This document shows positions 1-12,218 of a stretch of 64,000 nucleotides of DNA, piece by piece; the stretch's first letter is position 1; the number at the start of each line of letters is the position of its first letter. Both the position numbers and the translations under genes were made by a program. The notes beneath the pieces are model-generated. The model had not been told where the DNA came from. It worked only from the letters and a program-made list of their open reading frames with translations, and did not search any database. This DNA is from Mantamonas sphyraenae STR306 (Eukaryota > Protista > CRuMs), in assembly GCA_026936335.1 (NCBI GenBank), contig JAPMXV010000039.1:62001-126000 (forward strand). The letters run 5' to 3'.

Positions 1-420
1 AACTGCCAAGTGGCCTGGTGCAACCACAGAGCACGGCATGGCTTGCATGCGCGCTGCAAGCCGTGCCCCACACAACCTCCAACCACCACATGTGTGATAT
101 CAACGCGTCCACCTACCCAGTTCTCGTCCACCAGCCTCAACTTCAGCAGCTGGAAGAGCCGTTTGAGGTTGCTAATCAACACATGGCCGTCGTTCTCCTC
201 GGCCGATGCAATCAGTTTATCCAGTGTTGTCGAACGCACGCTGGCGCTGCTGTCATCCAATCTGAACAGGGACGTGTGCAACGGGCGGTGTAAGAATGCA
301 GGTTTCACACAACGTGCCACTTCAGGTGCACAGACTCGATGTGGTGTATCTTGCGCCCAAGTGACACTCAACCATCCTTTCAGTGACTTCTTACCCTTTG
401 AAAACAGCGCTTGCGTCCAT
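1..420 (-). CDS. 5' part of a HEAT/TOG-like protein (TOGARAM/CLASP-like N-terminus); gene runs off the window start
   Basis: ATG at 420, then a GTAAG...TTCAG intron. Spliced product MDASAVFKG-LDDSSASVRSTTLDKLIASAEENDGHVLISNLKRLFQLLKLRLVDENW, followed by a GTAGGT donor. 'LFQLLKLRLVDxNW' is a HEAT/TOG-type helix. Not in the ORF track because it is spliced. Confidence 0.55.
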
Positions 421-611
421 CCTGACGACCAGAGAAGTTTTGGCCGGGTGTGCGGTGCGGCGGACTTCTTGGCTCCATCTTGTGCCGCCCTGTGCTCGCA
501 GTCACGGATACAAATCCGTCACCAATGCTGCCTACTTTGTCCACGCTGGGCATAGGATGGGACGGTGGAGTGTCATTCCCGTCCGTCGCCGCCTGGAGCA
601 GAACAACGGCC

Positions 612-3600
612 ATGGACGAACACAGCACGCTGGCTCAGTCGATGCCAGTGTCCAGCACTCAGCCGCGCGTGGAAGCGTCGCAACCGGGCAGTATGACACC
701 AGGGAGAGCTGGTTTGTCATCGTCGTCGTCGTCGTCGTCGTCGTCGATGTCTTCGTCGTCAGGAGCAAGCACTTTGTACACCAAATGGGGGCTCAACACA
801 AGCTCTACCACCCTGTCTTCCGGAATGGCAGGCCACAATAGCCCCATGGTGAATGCCACTGTCAACTCGGAGAACCTGCGCATGCTGATTAACCAGAAGG
901 AGGCTGAGCTCAGTGAAATTCAGTCCTTCCGCTTCCGGGCACTTGAGGAAGCCCTGCAGACCAAAGACAAAGAGGTGGGTTTGCCTTGTCTGCCCTGTGC
1001 GTGTCAATCACCCCTGTGCTCGGGTCCAACAGTCGACGGTGTCCTGTCTGAGGTGCTTGTCTTGCACAGGCCGCCCGCTTCGCTCTCGTCACGCAACGTT
1101 CAGCGCGCGCTGACACCCCGCCTCGGCTCTTTTGCCTCCCCCTACACAGCTTGCCGCCGAGCAAACACGCTTCAAACATCTCAAGGACGACTTTGATTAC
1201 AATCTTCAGCTTCTGCAAGAACGAGACAGTGAGCTGGATCGGTACGAGTCGGCTTTCGCTGCGATGCAGAACGCGCTTCAAGACAAGTAAGACAAACTCA
1301 CGATCGCTCTTGCCGGCCTCTGCTTTGCTCATTTTTGCTGACACGTTGCTTCACAATGTCCCTTCCGGTATGTTTACTGAACTACATCTGCCTGGGCCCT
1401 TCTATTGTCCATTCTGGCCTCAAAAGGGACGCGCAAATCAGTGAGAGCAGAATTGCGCTGGCCGATGCCGAGTCGCAGAACAGACGTCTGACCGCACAAC
1501 TGGCTGAAACGCAGAAGCACTTTCAACACAAAGTCGCCGAAGAGCGCACACGCACGGAACAGGTGCAGGTGCTCAAGCAGGACGAGCTGCACAGGCAGCG
1601 CGAACAGTTCGAAGGGATCCAGCGTGACCTGCAACGGCAGCTGGAGCAGAGCCAGGATGAGCTGGTGCGCCTGCGCAAAGAACTGACGCAGAGCTTTGAC
1701 GAGGCCTTTGACAAGCGTGAGGCCGAGTACCAAGAAGTCGAAGCGGAGTATCTGGAGGCCATCTCACAGCGTGACCAAGCCTTGCGAGAGGCACACAAAC
1801 AGGGTGAGTCACTCCAAGCGGCACACAGGGCGGCCATGGACAGCGTGAAGGACATGCAAGCGGCCATGGAGAACATGGATCGGGTGTCGAGCAAAAAGGC
1901 ACGCGAGTTGCAGAGTGTGGTCAACGCACAGCAGGATCGCATCGAGGAGCTGGAGGAGGAGAGGAAAGCGCTGTTGGTCGACAAACAGAAGCTGTTGGAC
2001 GAGTACGAGGTGAAGATGGGCGAACTGCTGCAGAATTTGCAGGTTGTGGAGCGCGCGTTTGTGATGCAGAAGGAAGACACGGACAAGAAGGTGGGCGTGA
2101 TTGCTCGGGAGAAGGACGAAAAGTACAACCAAAAGGTGGGTGCCATGCAGAAGCACATCGATGTGCTCAGCCGTGACCTGGAAGTGGCGCAGGAGCAGTT
2201 GAAACGCAAGCGCGAGGAGCAGAAGCAGGAGGAGGCGCTGCGCTCCGAGTCGGAGGAGAAACTGCGCAACGAGCTGTACGAAAAGCAAAAGGAAATCAAT
2301 GGGATGCAGAGCAAGGTGCAAGAGGTGCAGCTGCAGCTGTCGGACGCGGCGCACAAGGTGGAAATGGAGAAGCAGCGCGCAGATGAGCTGCAGGGCAGAC
2401 TGAAGGAACAGAGCAACCACTACCTGCAAAAGCTACAAGACCAGCGCATGGAAGCGCAGGAAATCCTGAAAGAATCGCATCAGCTGCTGCAGGAGGCTCA
2501 AAAGAGCAGCAAGGACGAAGAGCTGAACAACATGGAGCTGCGCATGCGTATTGAGTCTTTGGAGCAAGAGCTGAATGCCCAGCGATCGACCACAGACATG
2601 CACAAGCAAGAAAGCGACCGACTGCGTGAAGAACTGCGTCTGAGCGAGCAGTTGCGACGCGAGGAGAGGATGGAAATGGTGACACCGCGCGGTCAAACGA
2701 GCGGTGTACGAGCCAGCAACGGAAGCGGGCGTGAGCAGACAGGAGGCAATGGGAAGCAGGTGAGCGGAGACGCAGACTCACCGTTGCCGTCGCCGTTCTC
2801 CATCCCCATGCCGCGTGGGTTGTCGCCAACCTATGGCATGATTCCGGGCTCGCCCAGGGAGAGTGTGGAGTCGAGCCGGTCGGGAGGCGGCGCAACGGAG
2901 CGCTCGCTGGATGGAAACCTGCTGAATGAGTACATGCGCAAGGTGGAGACGTTGCGAAGCGAAAACGCAGCGTTGACGGCAAACAACAAGCAACTGAAGG
3001 AGATTGTGGGTCTGATGCGCAGCGACATGGAAGAGCTGCAACGGCAGATGGACAGTGACACAGCGAGTTCGAGCTCGGCGGTGCAGGAGCTGCGCAACCA
3101 GCTGGAGGAGCTGCAGCGGCACAACGAACTGTTGACGCAGCAGGTGGGCCAGGCGGGCGGAGGCAGTGCGCACGGGCGTGGAGAGGGCGGAAGAGGAGAT
3201 GGAGAGAACGAAGAACTGGTGTACCTGAGGCAGCGTGTGCAGCAGTTGAACACGAGTCTGATGAACAGTCGAAGCGAGCTGAGCCGCGTTCACGGTGAGC
3301 TGATGAACGCAAAGAGCCAGCTTGTGCAGAGCAAGAGCAAAGCCTCTGCTGAGGGAGTGAACACAACGGAGAAGGAGCACAGGGTGGTCGTGCTGCAAGC
3401 AGAATTGCGTGAGCTGGGCGACAAGCTGGAACGCAGCAACAACGAGAAGGAACGATTGCAGACGATGTTGCGACGTGTGCAAAGCGACCTGCAACACGCC
3501 GAACAGCAGTTGCTGGACATGCAAGTGGGAGAACTGGACAAGGGACGATCGAGTGGAGTGGGCAAGTCGGACGACGACGGGTTCCAGGACAAGGATGCGT

Positions 3601-4352
3601 CGGGAGGCAAGATGCGTGTGGCTGAGCTGGAAGATGGTAGCCAGAGTGGAGAAGGTCACCAGCGTGCATTGCAGTTGAAGAACAGCGAGCTGAAGGCGGA
3701 GAACATCATGCTGCGCAACAAGCTGGAGGAGGCGGCGAGGGACATCCAGCGCTTGGTGGGAGAGAGGGACAAATTGATTGACATCAGCAACATGCTTCGC
3801 AGCTTGCTGCGGGAGGAACGCATCCAGGCAGACACGCGGCAACAGGAGTACGAGGATCAGATGGAGACCCTGGAGCGAACGGTGGACAATCTGATGAGCC
3901 GGAGCGCAGGGCCTACGATGGCTGGAGGTAGCAGGCGCCCGTTGACAGCAAGCACTGGTGGACGAACACGCCGTGATGATGACCGGGTGGAGGAAGGCCG
4001 TGTGGATGGCGGTAGCGGAAGCCAAGGCGCCGGTCGTCGAGTGCAAACAGCGGAAGGGCACGGTTCGCGCAAGCGGCTGGGGGACATGCGGGAAGAACTC
4101 GCTCTGACGGGCGAAGGGGCAGAGTTGAGCTCTCCGCAGGAAAAGACGGCGGGCAGCCGGACAAAGAAGCGTGTGGCAGGGCGTGCAAGCGAGCGAGAAA
4201 CCGAGTCGCAGATCAAAGCACTGCAGCAGATCCAGAAGAAGCGAGAGGGCTTGGTGAACCAACGCAAGGCGTTGAGAAACTACAACGTGGAGGACGACGA
4301 AGAGGCAGCGAAGCTGTCTGATGCGGTGCTGCGCGAGCGGCGTCAACGCTGA
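612..4352 (+). CDS. CCDC57: Coiled-coil domain-containing protein 57 (centriole/cilium-associated)
   Basis: Exons 612-974, 1150-1286 and 1427-4352 join in frame. N-terminal LINQKEAEL...LKDDFDYNLQLLQERDSELDRYE matches the CCDC57 signature (EDFxYNLxxLxERDxELERYD). Also KLEEAARDIxxLxxERDKLIDISNMLR and C-terminal LRNYN. Confidence 0.85.
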
Positions 4353-4353
4353 G

Positions 4354-7300
4354 ATGGGGATCTTCGGGAAGAAGAAGAGGGATCAGAGGAAGAATCTGGA
4401 TGATGAAGCCGATTTGGTTGATTTCGATGTGATTAGTTCCAACGCTCGTCCAAAGCTCAACTCGGTAGGTGGTTGTGTACGCGTGTTGTGGCGGAGCCGC
4501 GGAAGAATGAAGAGCGCTGACTTTGCGGGGTTTTTCGCTGGGGCTGTGCCGGTTGGGAACGCGTACACACACACACACACGTGTGTGCCACTGTGTATGT
4601 ATGCGGGTGTGTGGAAACGGGTTGTGTGGCAACGCGTGTGGACCATGGATGCAGATCAATCGTCCAAAGGGACCGGCAAGGAGGGGAGCAGGCGGAGTGC
4701 GCAGGTCGGGTTCGTCTTCGTCGTCGTCGTCGTCGCGGTCTTCCAGGTCGTCACGGTCGTCGGGTGGCTCGTCGGCATCTTCTTCGTCGTCGTCGTCATC
4801 ATCGTCGTCGGTGCCATTCAACGCGCCTGGGTCACGGATGAGCCTGGGTCGAAGCAAGAGCAAGATCACACAGAAGGACAGCGTGCGGTCGGAGCGCTCA
4901 GGGAACTTGCGCGTGACGTCGCAGAATCAGACGCTGGCTGAGGTGAGTTGTGTGTGCGAGAAGGCTACCGGGAAGTGAGAGTGGGTGGTTGTAGGGTGGC
5001 GAGTGTTGCTGGGACCGATGTCCGGACGCAGAGTAGGGATGGATGGGCCCTTGCGAAGGGTGTTTCCTCCCGGGTCGCCGTAGGGCAAACAGAGAGTGAA
5101 TCAGCGACCGACTAACACAGCATGCGGGGGCCCTGGCACGTAGCTTGGCGACACGATCGAGACACAGGTGGAGATTGAGCCACTGGACTTGGTGGTGACG
5201 CACAAACTAAGGTGGGTTTTCGTTGGGCGTCGGCCTTCCCTCTCAGCTTTTGCTTTTTTTTGTGGCAAAACGACTAACGTCGAAACGCGCTGGTGTGCTT
5301 GGGAATTGCCTTGAACGCATACACACACGCACTGTGGCGTGTGTGTGGGTCTGTGTGTGTCACAGGAGTACTGCCACAGTCAAAACTTTTATCTCTGAGG
5401 TGATAAAAGGGGTAGGCAGCGATCTTGACGAGAGCAAACTTGGAGTGTACCTGCTGGCCACCAGCTCGGGCTCCACAGGAACAGGGCTGTGGCTGGAGCC
5501 GTCCAAGCAGGTGCTGGGCTACCGCATTGAAGTGGGAGACACAATCCAGATCAAAGAGGTACCGAGCACGATGAAGATCCTGACCGTGGAGGTGCCTGAA
5601 GCTCAACGGCGTACAAAGGTGAGGTTGACGTACAGCACGCTTGTGCAAGACTGCATCGATGCATGCGTCAAGCGATGCCCTATCGAGGACATCGACAAGT
5701 ACGGGGTGTTTGCACCGAACGCAGGCGGTCTGGACGAGGAGGACCAGGGGTTATGGCTGCACAACAATCAGCCGATGGACTTTTACAACCTGGAAACGAT
5801 GGTGGTGCAGTTGCGCAGGTTTCCGGATGTGACGGAGAACTTGCCCATTGAGATTCCGCATCTGCGTGCGACATTGCGGGTGCCGGTGGAGCCAACCAAG
5901 CACATCTGGGAAGTGTTGCTGTATGTCGCGTCTCTGCTTAAGATGGAGCGATCAGAGAGGACGCAGTACGGCCTGTACGTTGCACGTGACTATCCGTACC
6001 TGCGAGGGGGCTTCTGGACCGACATGGATGACACTCTGGAGCCTCTTGATTTGTACCACGAGTACACCATGAACCAGATTGTGTACTTGAAGACGACGAC
6101 GCCGACAGAGTCGATGGCTGAACCGGAGATTGCGGTGTCGCAGCGACGCGTGGCAAGGTCGAACACGCTGTACGGGAGTCTGAACGAATCGGTAGAGAGC
6201 GGACAGAGGCGAAAATCCGTGAATTTGGTAGAGGAACATCTTCAGGGCCTGCGTATGGACATCGACACGTCAGCGGGAGGGAAGGAGACAAACAGCGAGC
6301 AAGAAGTCAGTGGCGAGCAGACGGGAGAAAGCAACGGCGAGCAGGTAGCAAAGAAGGTGGCAGCTGGAGTGTCTGGCGGATCAACGACAAAGCCTCGTCG
6401 CTCGAGTTTGCTTGCTGGGAGGCCGCATGGGCAGTCGAATGGAGGGGCGACGCTACGTGAAACGGCATCGGTTGCATCCGCGATGGCAGCCAGCGGCAAG
6501 GTGAGCAGCGCGGACGAGCTGGAGGTGCTGCAGATGGATGAGGAAATGCTTGTAGGTGTACCGTTCCAGGTGCAGGTGGGGTTGGTGCAAGGAAGCAAGG
6601 GCAAAGAGTGCAGTGGAGCAAAAGTTCGGGCGTCGTTGGCAGGCGGATCTGTGGACACACAAGAGGCTGAACGTCTGGGAGAGGGCATGTGGAGGGCAAG
6701 CGTGACAGCAACTGCGTCGGGCAAGCACGAAGTGGCGGTTGTGATGGCGGGAGGGCACGTGAAGGGGTCTCCGAAGCTGATGATGGCGAAAGGAGTGTCG
6801 GAGTGGGACGTGCAGGACGTGGGAGTGTGGGTGGAGTCGATGGAGGACATGGCATCGCTAAAGGAAACGTTTGTGTCTGAGGAAATCGACGGCGGGGTGC
6901 TACTGGAGTTGTCGATGGACGATCTCCGTGAGCTGGGCTTGAAGCTGGGCAAGCGCAAGAAGCTGATGGAGCGGATCAGCACGCTAAAGGGGGCGAGTGT
7001 AAATACGGGTGAAGTGAAGACATCAACGACAACGACGACGACAACAACGACAGCGAGCGGATTGGTGACAGCTGGAGCCGGAGCCTTTGGACAGGTGCCG
7101 CCGCCTGTGGTTCCTGCACAGAGCGCGTTTGCAGGAGGGGTGAATGTTCCCCCGCCCGCGCAGAGTGCTTTTGGAGGGGCGAGTGTGTCGTCGCCTCCGC
7201 CAGCCAAGAGTGCGTTTGCAGGTGGAGTGAGCGCCACACCGCCTGCAGCGCAGAGTGCGTTTGGAGGGGCGGGTGTATCGTCGCCTCCGCCAGCCAAGAG

Positions 7301-8030
7301 TGCATTTGGAGGGGCGAGTGTGTCGTCGCCTCCGCCAGCCAAGAGTGCATTTGGAGGAGCGAGTGTGTCGTCGCCTCCGCCAGCCAAGAGTGCATTTGGA
7401 GGAGCGAGTGTGTCGTCGCCTCCGCCAGCCAAGAGTGCGTTTGCAAGTGGTGTCAGCGCTTCACCGCCCGCAGCGCAGAGTGCTTTTGGAGGGGCGAGTG
7501 GGTCAACACAACCGGCTGCAGCACAGAGTGCATTTGGAAACACAAACGTGGCAGCCACCGACGAGGCACAACAACAACCAGCTGTGGAAAAGGAAACAAC
7601 CACGACGACGAGTGTGACCACAAGCGTGACTGAGCAGACAGTTGATGGCGGAGGAATGGACGAGAGCGGCAACATCGACGACGACGAGTCTGGAGATGGA
7701 AGCGAGGGCAGTCAGTCGACAAACAAGGATGAAACAAGCTCAGGAGGGAAGACAGCGCCATGGATTTTGCAAAACAATCAGCCGGAAGAAGCAGTAGACG
7801 ACAGCATTCCTCCTTGGAAGCGAGAGATGATGAAGCGCAAGTCGCAAAAGGTGGCAGCAGTCAAGGTGGAGCCTGAGCCTGAACCTGAACCTGAGCCTGA
7901 GCCTGAGCCTGAACCTGAGCCTGAGCCTGAGCCTGAGGAAGACGTGGAAGAGGAGATTGACGACAGCATTCCTCCTTGGAAGCGAGAGATGATGAAGCGC
8001 AAGTCACAAAAGGTGGCAGCAGTCAAGGTG

Positions 8031-8062
<32 letters not shown>

Positions 8063-8230
8063 ACCTGAGCCTGAACCCGAGCCTGAGCCTGAGCCTGAGC
8101 CTGAACCTGAGCCTGAGCCTGCGCCTGAGGAAGACGTGGAAGAGGAGATTGACGACAGCATTCCTCCCTGGAAGCGAGAGATGATGAAGCGCAAGTCACA
8201 AAAGGTGGCAGCAGTCAAGGTGGACCCTGA

Positions 8231-8287
<57 letters not shown>

Positions 8288-8424
8288 GAAGACGTGGAAG
8301 AGGAGATTGACGACAGCATTCCTCCCTGGAAGCGAGAGATGATGAAGCGCAAGTCGCAAAAGGTGGCAGCAGTCAGTCGAGCCTGAGCCTGAGCCCTGAG
8401 CCTGAGCCTGAGCCTGAACCTGAA

Positions 8425-8460
<36 letters not shown>

Positions 8461-9420
8461 GAAGACGTGGAAGAGGAGATTGACGACAGCATTCCTCCCT
8501 GGAAGCGAGAGATGATGAAGCGCAAGTCGCAAAAGGTGGCAGCAGTCAAGGTGGAGCCTGAGCCTGAGCCTGAGCCTGAACCTGAACCTGAGCCTGAACC
8601 TGAACCTGAGCCTGAGCCTGAGCCTGAGGCAGCAGTCAGGTGGAGCCTGGTCGACCCTGAGCCTGAACCTGAACCTGAGCCTGAACCCGAGCCTGAGCCT
8701 GCGCCTGAGCCTGCGCCTGAGGAAGACGAGGAAGAGGAGATTGACGACAGCATTCCTCCCTGGAAGCGAGAGATGATGAAGCGCAAGTCGCAAAAGGTAG
8801 CAGCAGTCAAGGTGGAGCCCGAAAAGCCAAGCAGTCCAGCCGAACCGGAGGTGGAGCAACAAGCGGAAGACAATATCCCAGACTGGAAGCGCAGGATGAA
8901 TGCCAAGATCACGACGCAAGGCAACACGACAGCCAACACACCCACCAGCCCTTCGTGGCAGAAGAAGACAGTGTCCAATGCGTCGGCAAAGCAGGAGACC
9001 GCCAAAAAGGAGGAAGAGGGGAGTAAGGAGGAGGAGGTCGACGACAGTGTGCCGGCATGGAAGCGCAATTTGGCGCAGCGCTCGTTTGGTGGGGTCGCGT
9101 CTGTGGCCACTGCGGCGATGAAGAACAACAACTCCAACGACGACAGCAGCATGCCAGCATGGAAGCGCCAACTGCAGGCGAAGAAGACAGGCAGTGCCAG
9201 CGAAGGATCAACGGAGCCCGCCTGGAAGAAAAACTTGCAAAAGAGCAACAGCGGCGGGAACGTGCCCAACACAACCAGCACGTCGACAAACACAGCGAGC
9301 AGGACGACGGGCACAACATCCACAGTACGAAACAAGAGTCACAAAGACGACGACGAAGACCTGGACAACATGCCCCCATGGAAGCGTGAACTGATTTTGG
9401 CAAAGCGAGGAAAACAGTGA
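4354..9420 (+). CDS. Cytoskeleton-associated multidomain protein: 3x talin-F0/FERM_N-like, filamin repeat, SAM domain, SAFGG repeats, PxWKR/EP repeats
   Basis: Exons 4354-4464, 4655-4942, 5144-5211 and 5366-9420 (GT-AG, in frame). Talin-F0-like motifs [39 protein letters not shown] and [15 protein letters not shown]. Filamin motif G.W...[25 protein letters not shown] motif [13 protein letters not shown]...[32 protein letters not shown]. Frame breaks at about 8225-8400 lie inside the hexamer repeats. Confidence 0.75.
7080..7540 (+). repeat. Coding tandem repeat, ~45-bp unit ([15 protein letters not shown]), about 10 degenerate copies
   Basis: Repeated gagtgc[ag]tttggagg...tcgtcgcctccgccagccaa; visible in the translation. 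Confidence 0.9.
7795..8820 (+). repeat. Compound coding repeat: six near-identical ~75-bp [25 protein letters not shown] blocks separated by variable-length (GAGCCT/GAACCT)n Glu-Pro tracts
   Basis: gacgacagcattcctcc[ct]tggaagcgagagatgatgaagcgcaagtc recurs at about 7797, 7959, 8151, 8309, 8482 and 8743. Confidence 0.9.
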
Positions 9421-9490
9421 GTATTGCACCGACACATTGCTTGTTTTTGCTCATTTGCCCATTTACCGTTTGTTGCGGTCTTCTTGCTGT

Positions 9491-10405
9491 TCAGTCGTCC
9501 TTGGTTGGTGTGTTTGCGACCGAGGTGGAGGTCGTTTGCGTTTGAGGCGTTGTGTGTCTGCCTTTGCGCAGCTGCGTCCACACAGTCCACAGCACAATGA
9601 CGACGTGTCCCAATACATATCCTGCCAGAGCGCCGAGGAGTGAAGGACAAGGCCAGGTTTGAAAGGGCCGGTCCCAGTCCAGCGGAATCACGACAGCACC
9701 GGCCCAGCAGCCAACAAGCGTGGCATAAAAGAGAACCATGGCATGTCGCTCGCTAAGGGTGTGAGCGTCCATGCCAAGCACCACGTTGCGCCATGCAAGC
9801 ACGTCGTTGCCAAAGAGAGCGGCGGGGGGAACGAATGCCAACACGCCCACCACGCTGGCCAGCAACAGCGTCTCCATCCAGTGTTGGGTCACAGAGGCAC
9901 CAAACAACACCAAAAGAGCATAAGTGATGCTTGTTCCAGCCATCCATCCTGTGGCCACACGCAGGAGTGCCTGCGCTGCCCCAACTGCACCGTTCATCGG
10001 AGCCATGGAGGTATACAGTACCGCACTCATTGGAAATAGCACGCTGAGCATGCGTGCCATGGCTTGGCGCGGGTGGGAGATCAGCGTGATCGCCATGCGC
10101 GCTTCAGCCTCGGTGTCTTTCAGTGGCGGGGCGGGAACGCCAGGCCCCAGATTCTGCGTTTTCACTGTGTCTTGGAAGCGCGAAGGATGCACCACAGCAG
10201 AGTAGTACAGAAAGCCCAGGAGAAGCACCGTGGCTCCGACAAGCCCCACGGGGGCAAGGATTGAGCGCTGACGCCTTTGGAGTTCGGCACGGCGCAGATC
10301 TTCTTTCGGAACCTTTTTCGGCATCAACCTGCCAGTGGTTGCCAAACGGATCAGTGGCTCAGGGAAACCCATCCACCGGAGGGCTGAGGCTGTGATGGTG
10401 GACAT
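9491..10405 (-). CDS. PIGF: GPI-anchor biosynthesis protein PIG-F
   Basis: Multi-pass hydrophobic ORF with LLVLFGA and GCWAGAVVIPLDWDRPFQTWPCPSLLGALAGY (PIG-F/Gpi11 signature). Start is either 10405 or 10324. Confidence 0.85.
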   Translation of the reverse strand: MSTITASALRWMGFPEPLIRLATTGRLMPKKVPKEDLRRAELQRRQRSILAPVGLVGATVLLLGFLYYSAVVHPSRFQDTVKTQNLGPGVPAPPLKDTEAEARMAITLISHPRQAMARMLSVLFPMSAVLYTSMAPMNGAVGAAQALLRVATGWMAGTSITYALLVLFGASVTQHWMETLLLASVVGVLAFVPPAALFGNDVLAWRNVVLGMDAHTLSERHAMVLFYATLVGCWAGAVVIPLDWDRPFQTWPCPSLLGALAGYVLGHVVIVLWTVWTQLRKGRHTTPQTQTTSTSVANTPTKDD

Positions 10406-10455
10406 GTTCCAAAGGAAGGGCCGATCGGATTGTGTTGGGTGACTTGAGCGCGTTT

Positions 10456-12185
10456 TCATTCGTCCACGTCCATGCTTCCCTCGTCCGGCTTGTTTTCCCC
10501 ATCCTTGTCGGCTTCATCGGCAGGCTCCGAGTTTGACTTGTCATCGGACTTGTCTGCGTCCTTCTTGTCTGCGATGCGGACGCCATAGGCATCGCGCAGC
10601 TCCTTGAGGAAGAGCTTGTCGAGCATGAGGTTCATGGCCACGTTTGACTTCCATACGGGGAAGATGAGGTCCGGTTCGCCCTCTTCTGGGTTGTCTGTCG
10701 TCACCATCATGGAGCCCACCATCTCAGACGCCTGGGCTTGGGTGAGTTTGGTGCGCGTCGCCTCGGTGAGGCAGGTGAGCAGGGGCATTTCCGAGCCGTC
10801 TGCCAAAACACCTTCCATGTCAGCACGGGAGAAGCGCACCCTGCGCTTGGTGACGTACTTGTGCACCACATGCAGCGCCTCCACAGCCAGACGGTATTCG
10901 CAGGACTCCGAATCGTCGGTGCGCTGGCGGACAAAGGCACGCAGGCCCGTGGAAACGTTGCGTGCGTTGCGGCTGGCGACCATGAGGGCGTCGCGCACAC
11001 AGTCTTCGACGTAAAACACGCGACGGGGCTTGCCTCCTGTGTTGGTGGCCTGGTCGTAGCGGAAGAACATGTTGTCCCAAGGAAAGTCGTCCGTGAGGCC
11101 GTAGTACTCGGTGGTGGTCTCCACCAGCTCCTTGTCAGTCTTTGCAGGCAGCATAATTGCCTCTGTAAACTTTTCTTCCTTCTTGCCCTGTTTGCGGTTG
11201 GCCACCACACGCAGCACGGGATCGTCTGCCAAACCCTCGATTTGCCGCAGCTGGATCCTGTCCGACAGCGACTTGCTGCCGTGGTTCAGGTGCTTGTACT
11301 TCATGTCCACGTCGCATTCGTTGTGCAGCTTCTCAAACAGAGTAAACACCCAGTCTGTGTCCGGCACGTTCTCAAAGGTGGCCAGCACCTCGTCCGTGTC
11401 GTTGTCCACCACCTGGATGCTGGGCAGTTTCGTGGGCTCCCCCTCCAGCTCCTCCTCTTGGGTTTTCTTCTTCTCGTCAATGTAGCTCTGGATGCGCTGC
11501 ATGTCAGGACGCGTGGACAACAGATCGGACTCGTCGACCGGCACCGACACCACACGCTCTGCGGTCACGCGTGTGGTTAGCGTCGAGGGCAGACGGTCGT
11601 CTGTCTTGCGAATGAGTGCAATGAAGAAGCCGCCTGTGTTTTGGTCGTGGGGCATGATTCGCATGGCCAGATGCAGGCCCATGGCCTTGCTCTCCTCCTC
11701 GGTGGGCGGGAACATGGAGGGCAAGATCTTCTTGCGACGCTTGTGGGGCACATCCTCGAAAGTGGGAAAGTGGGTGCTGTCGTGGTCGCACACCTGCCAT
11801 GTCAGCATGCCCGGACGGCGCACCAAACCCTGCAGACGGTCCGAGACGTCTACAATCTCCGCACAGCCGTTGCTCTGCAGGATCAGCTCAGCCAGAACAG
11901 CCTCGTTTTCGATCGGGTTGAGCGAACAGGTGGAGTAGACCATCATGCCACCGACCTTAAGCAAGCGAAGACCACGCATGGCAATGCCCAGCTGGGTTTT
12001 GTGAAGCCCATTGCCCATGCCGCAGCCCCAGCGCAGAAACAGCTCTGGCGATTTGCGAAGGGTGCCATCGCCACTGCAGGGCACATCGCACAGCACTCGA
12101 TCAAACCCAATCTTGACACGAGGCAGAGTGCGACTGGCCAAGGCCATCTGCTCCAACGCTGCATCGTTCACCTCGTTGCCGCCAC

Positions 12186-12218
<33 letters not shown>

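Noticed and set aside
7795-8820. Repeat-spacer pattern resembling a CRISPR array
   Set aside because: The repeats are ~75 bp and coding, the 'spacers' are hexamer microsatellite, there are no cas genes, and the context is eukaryotic.
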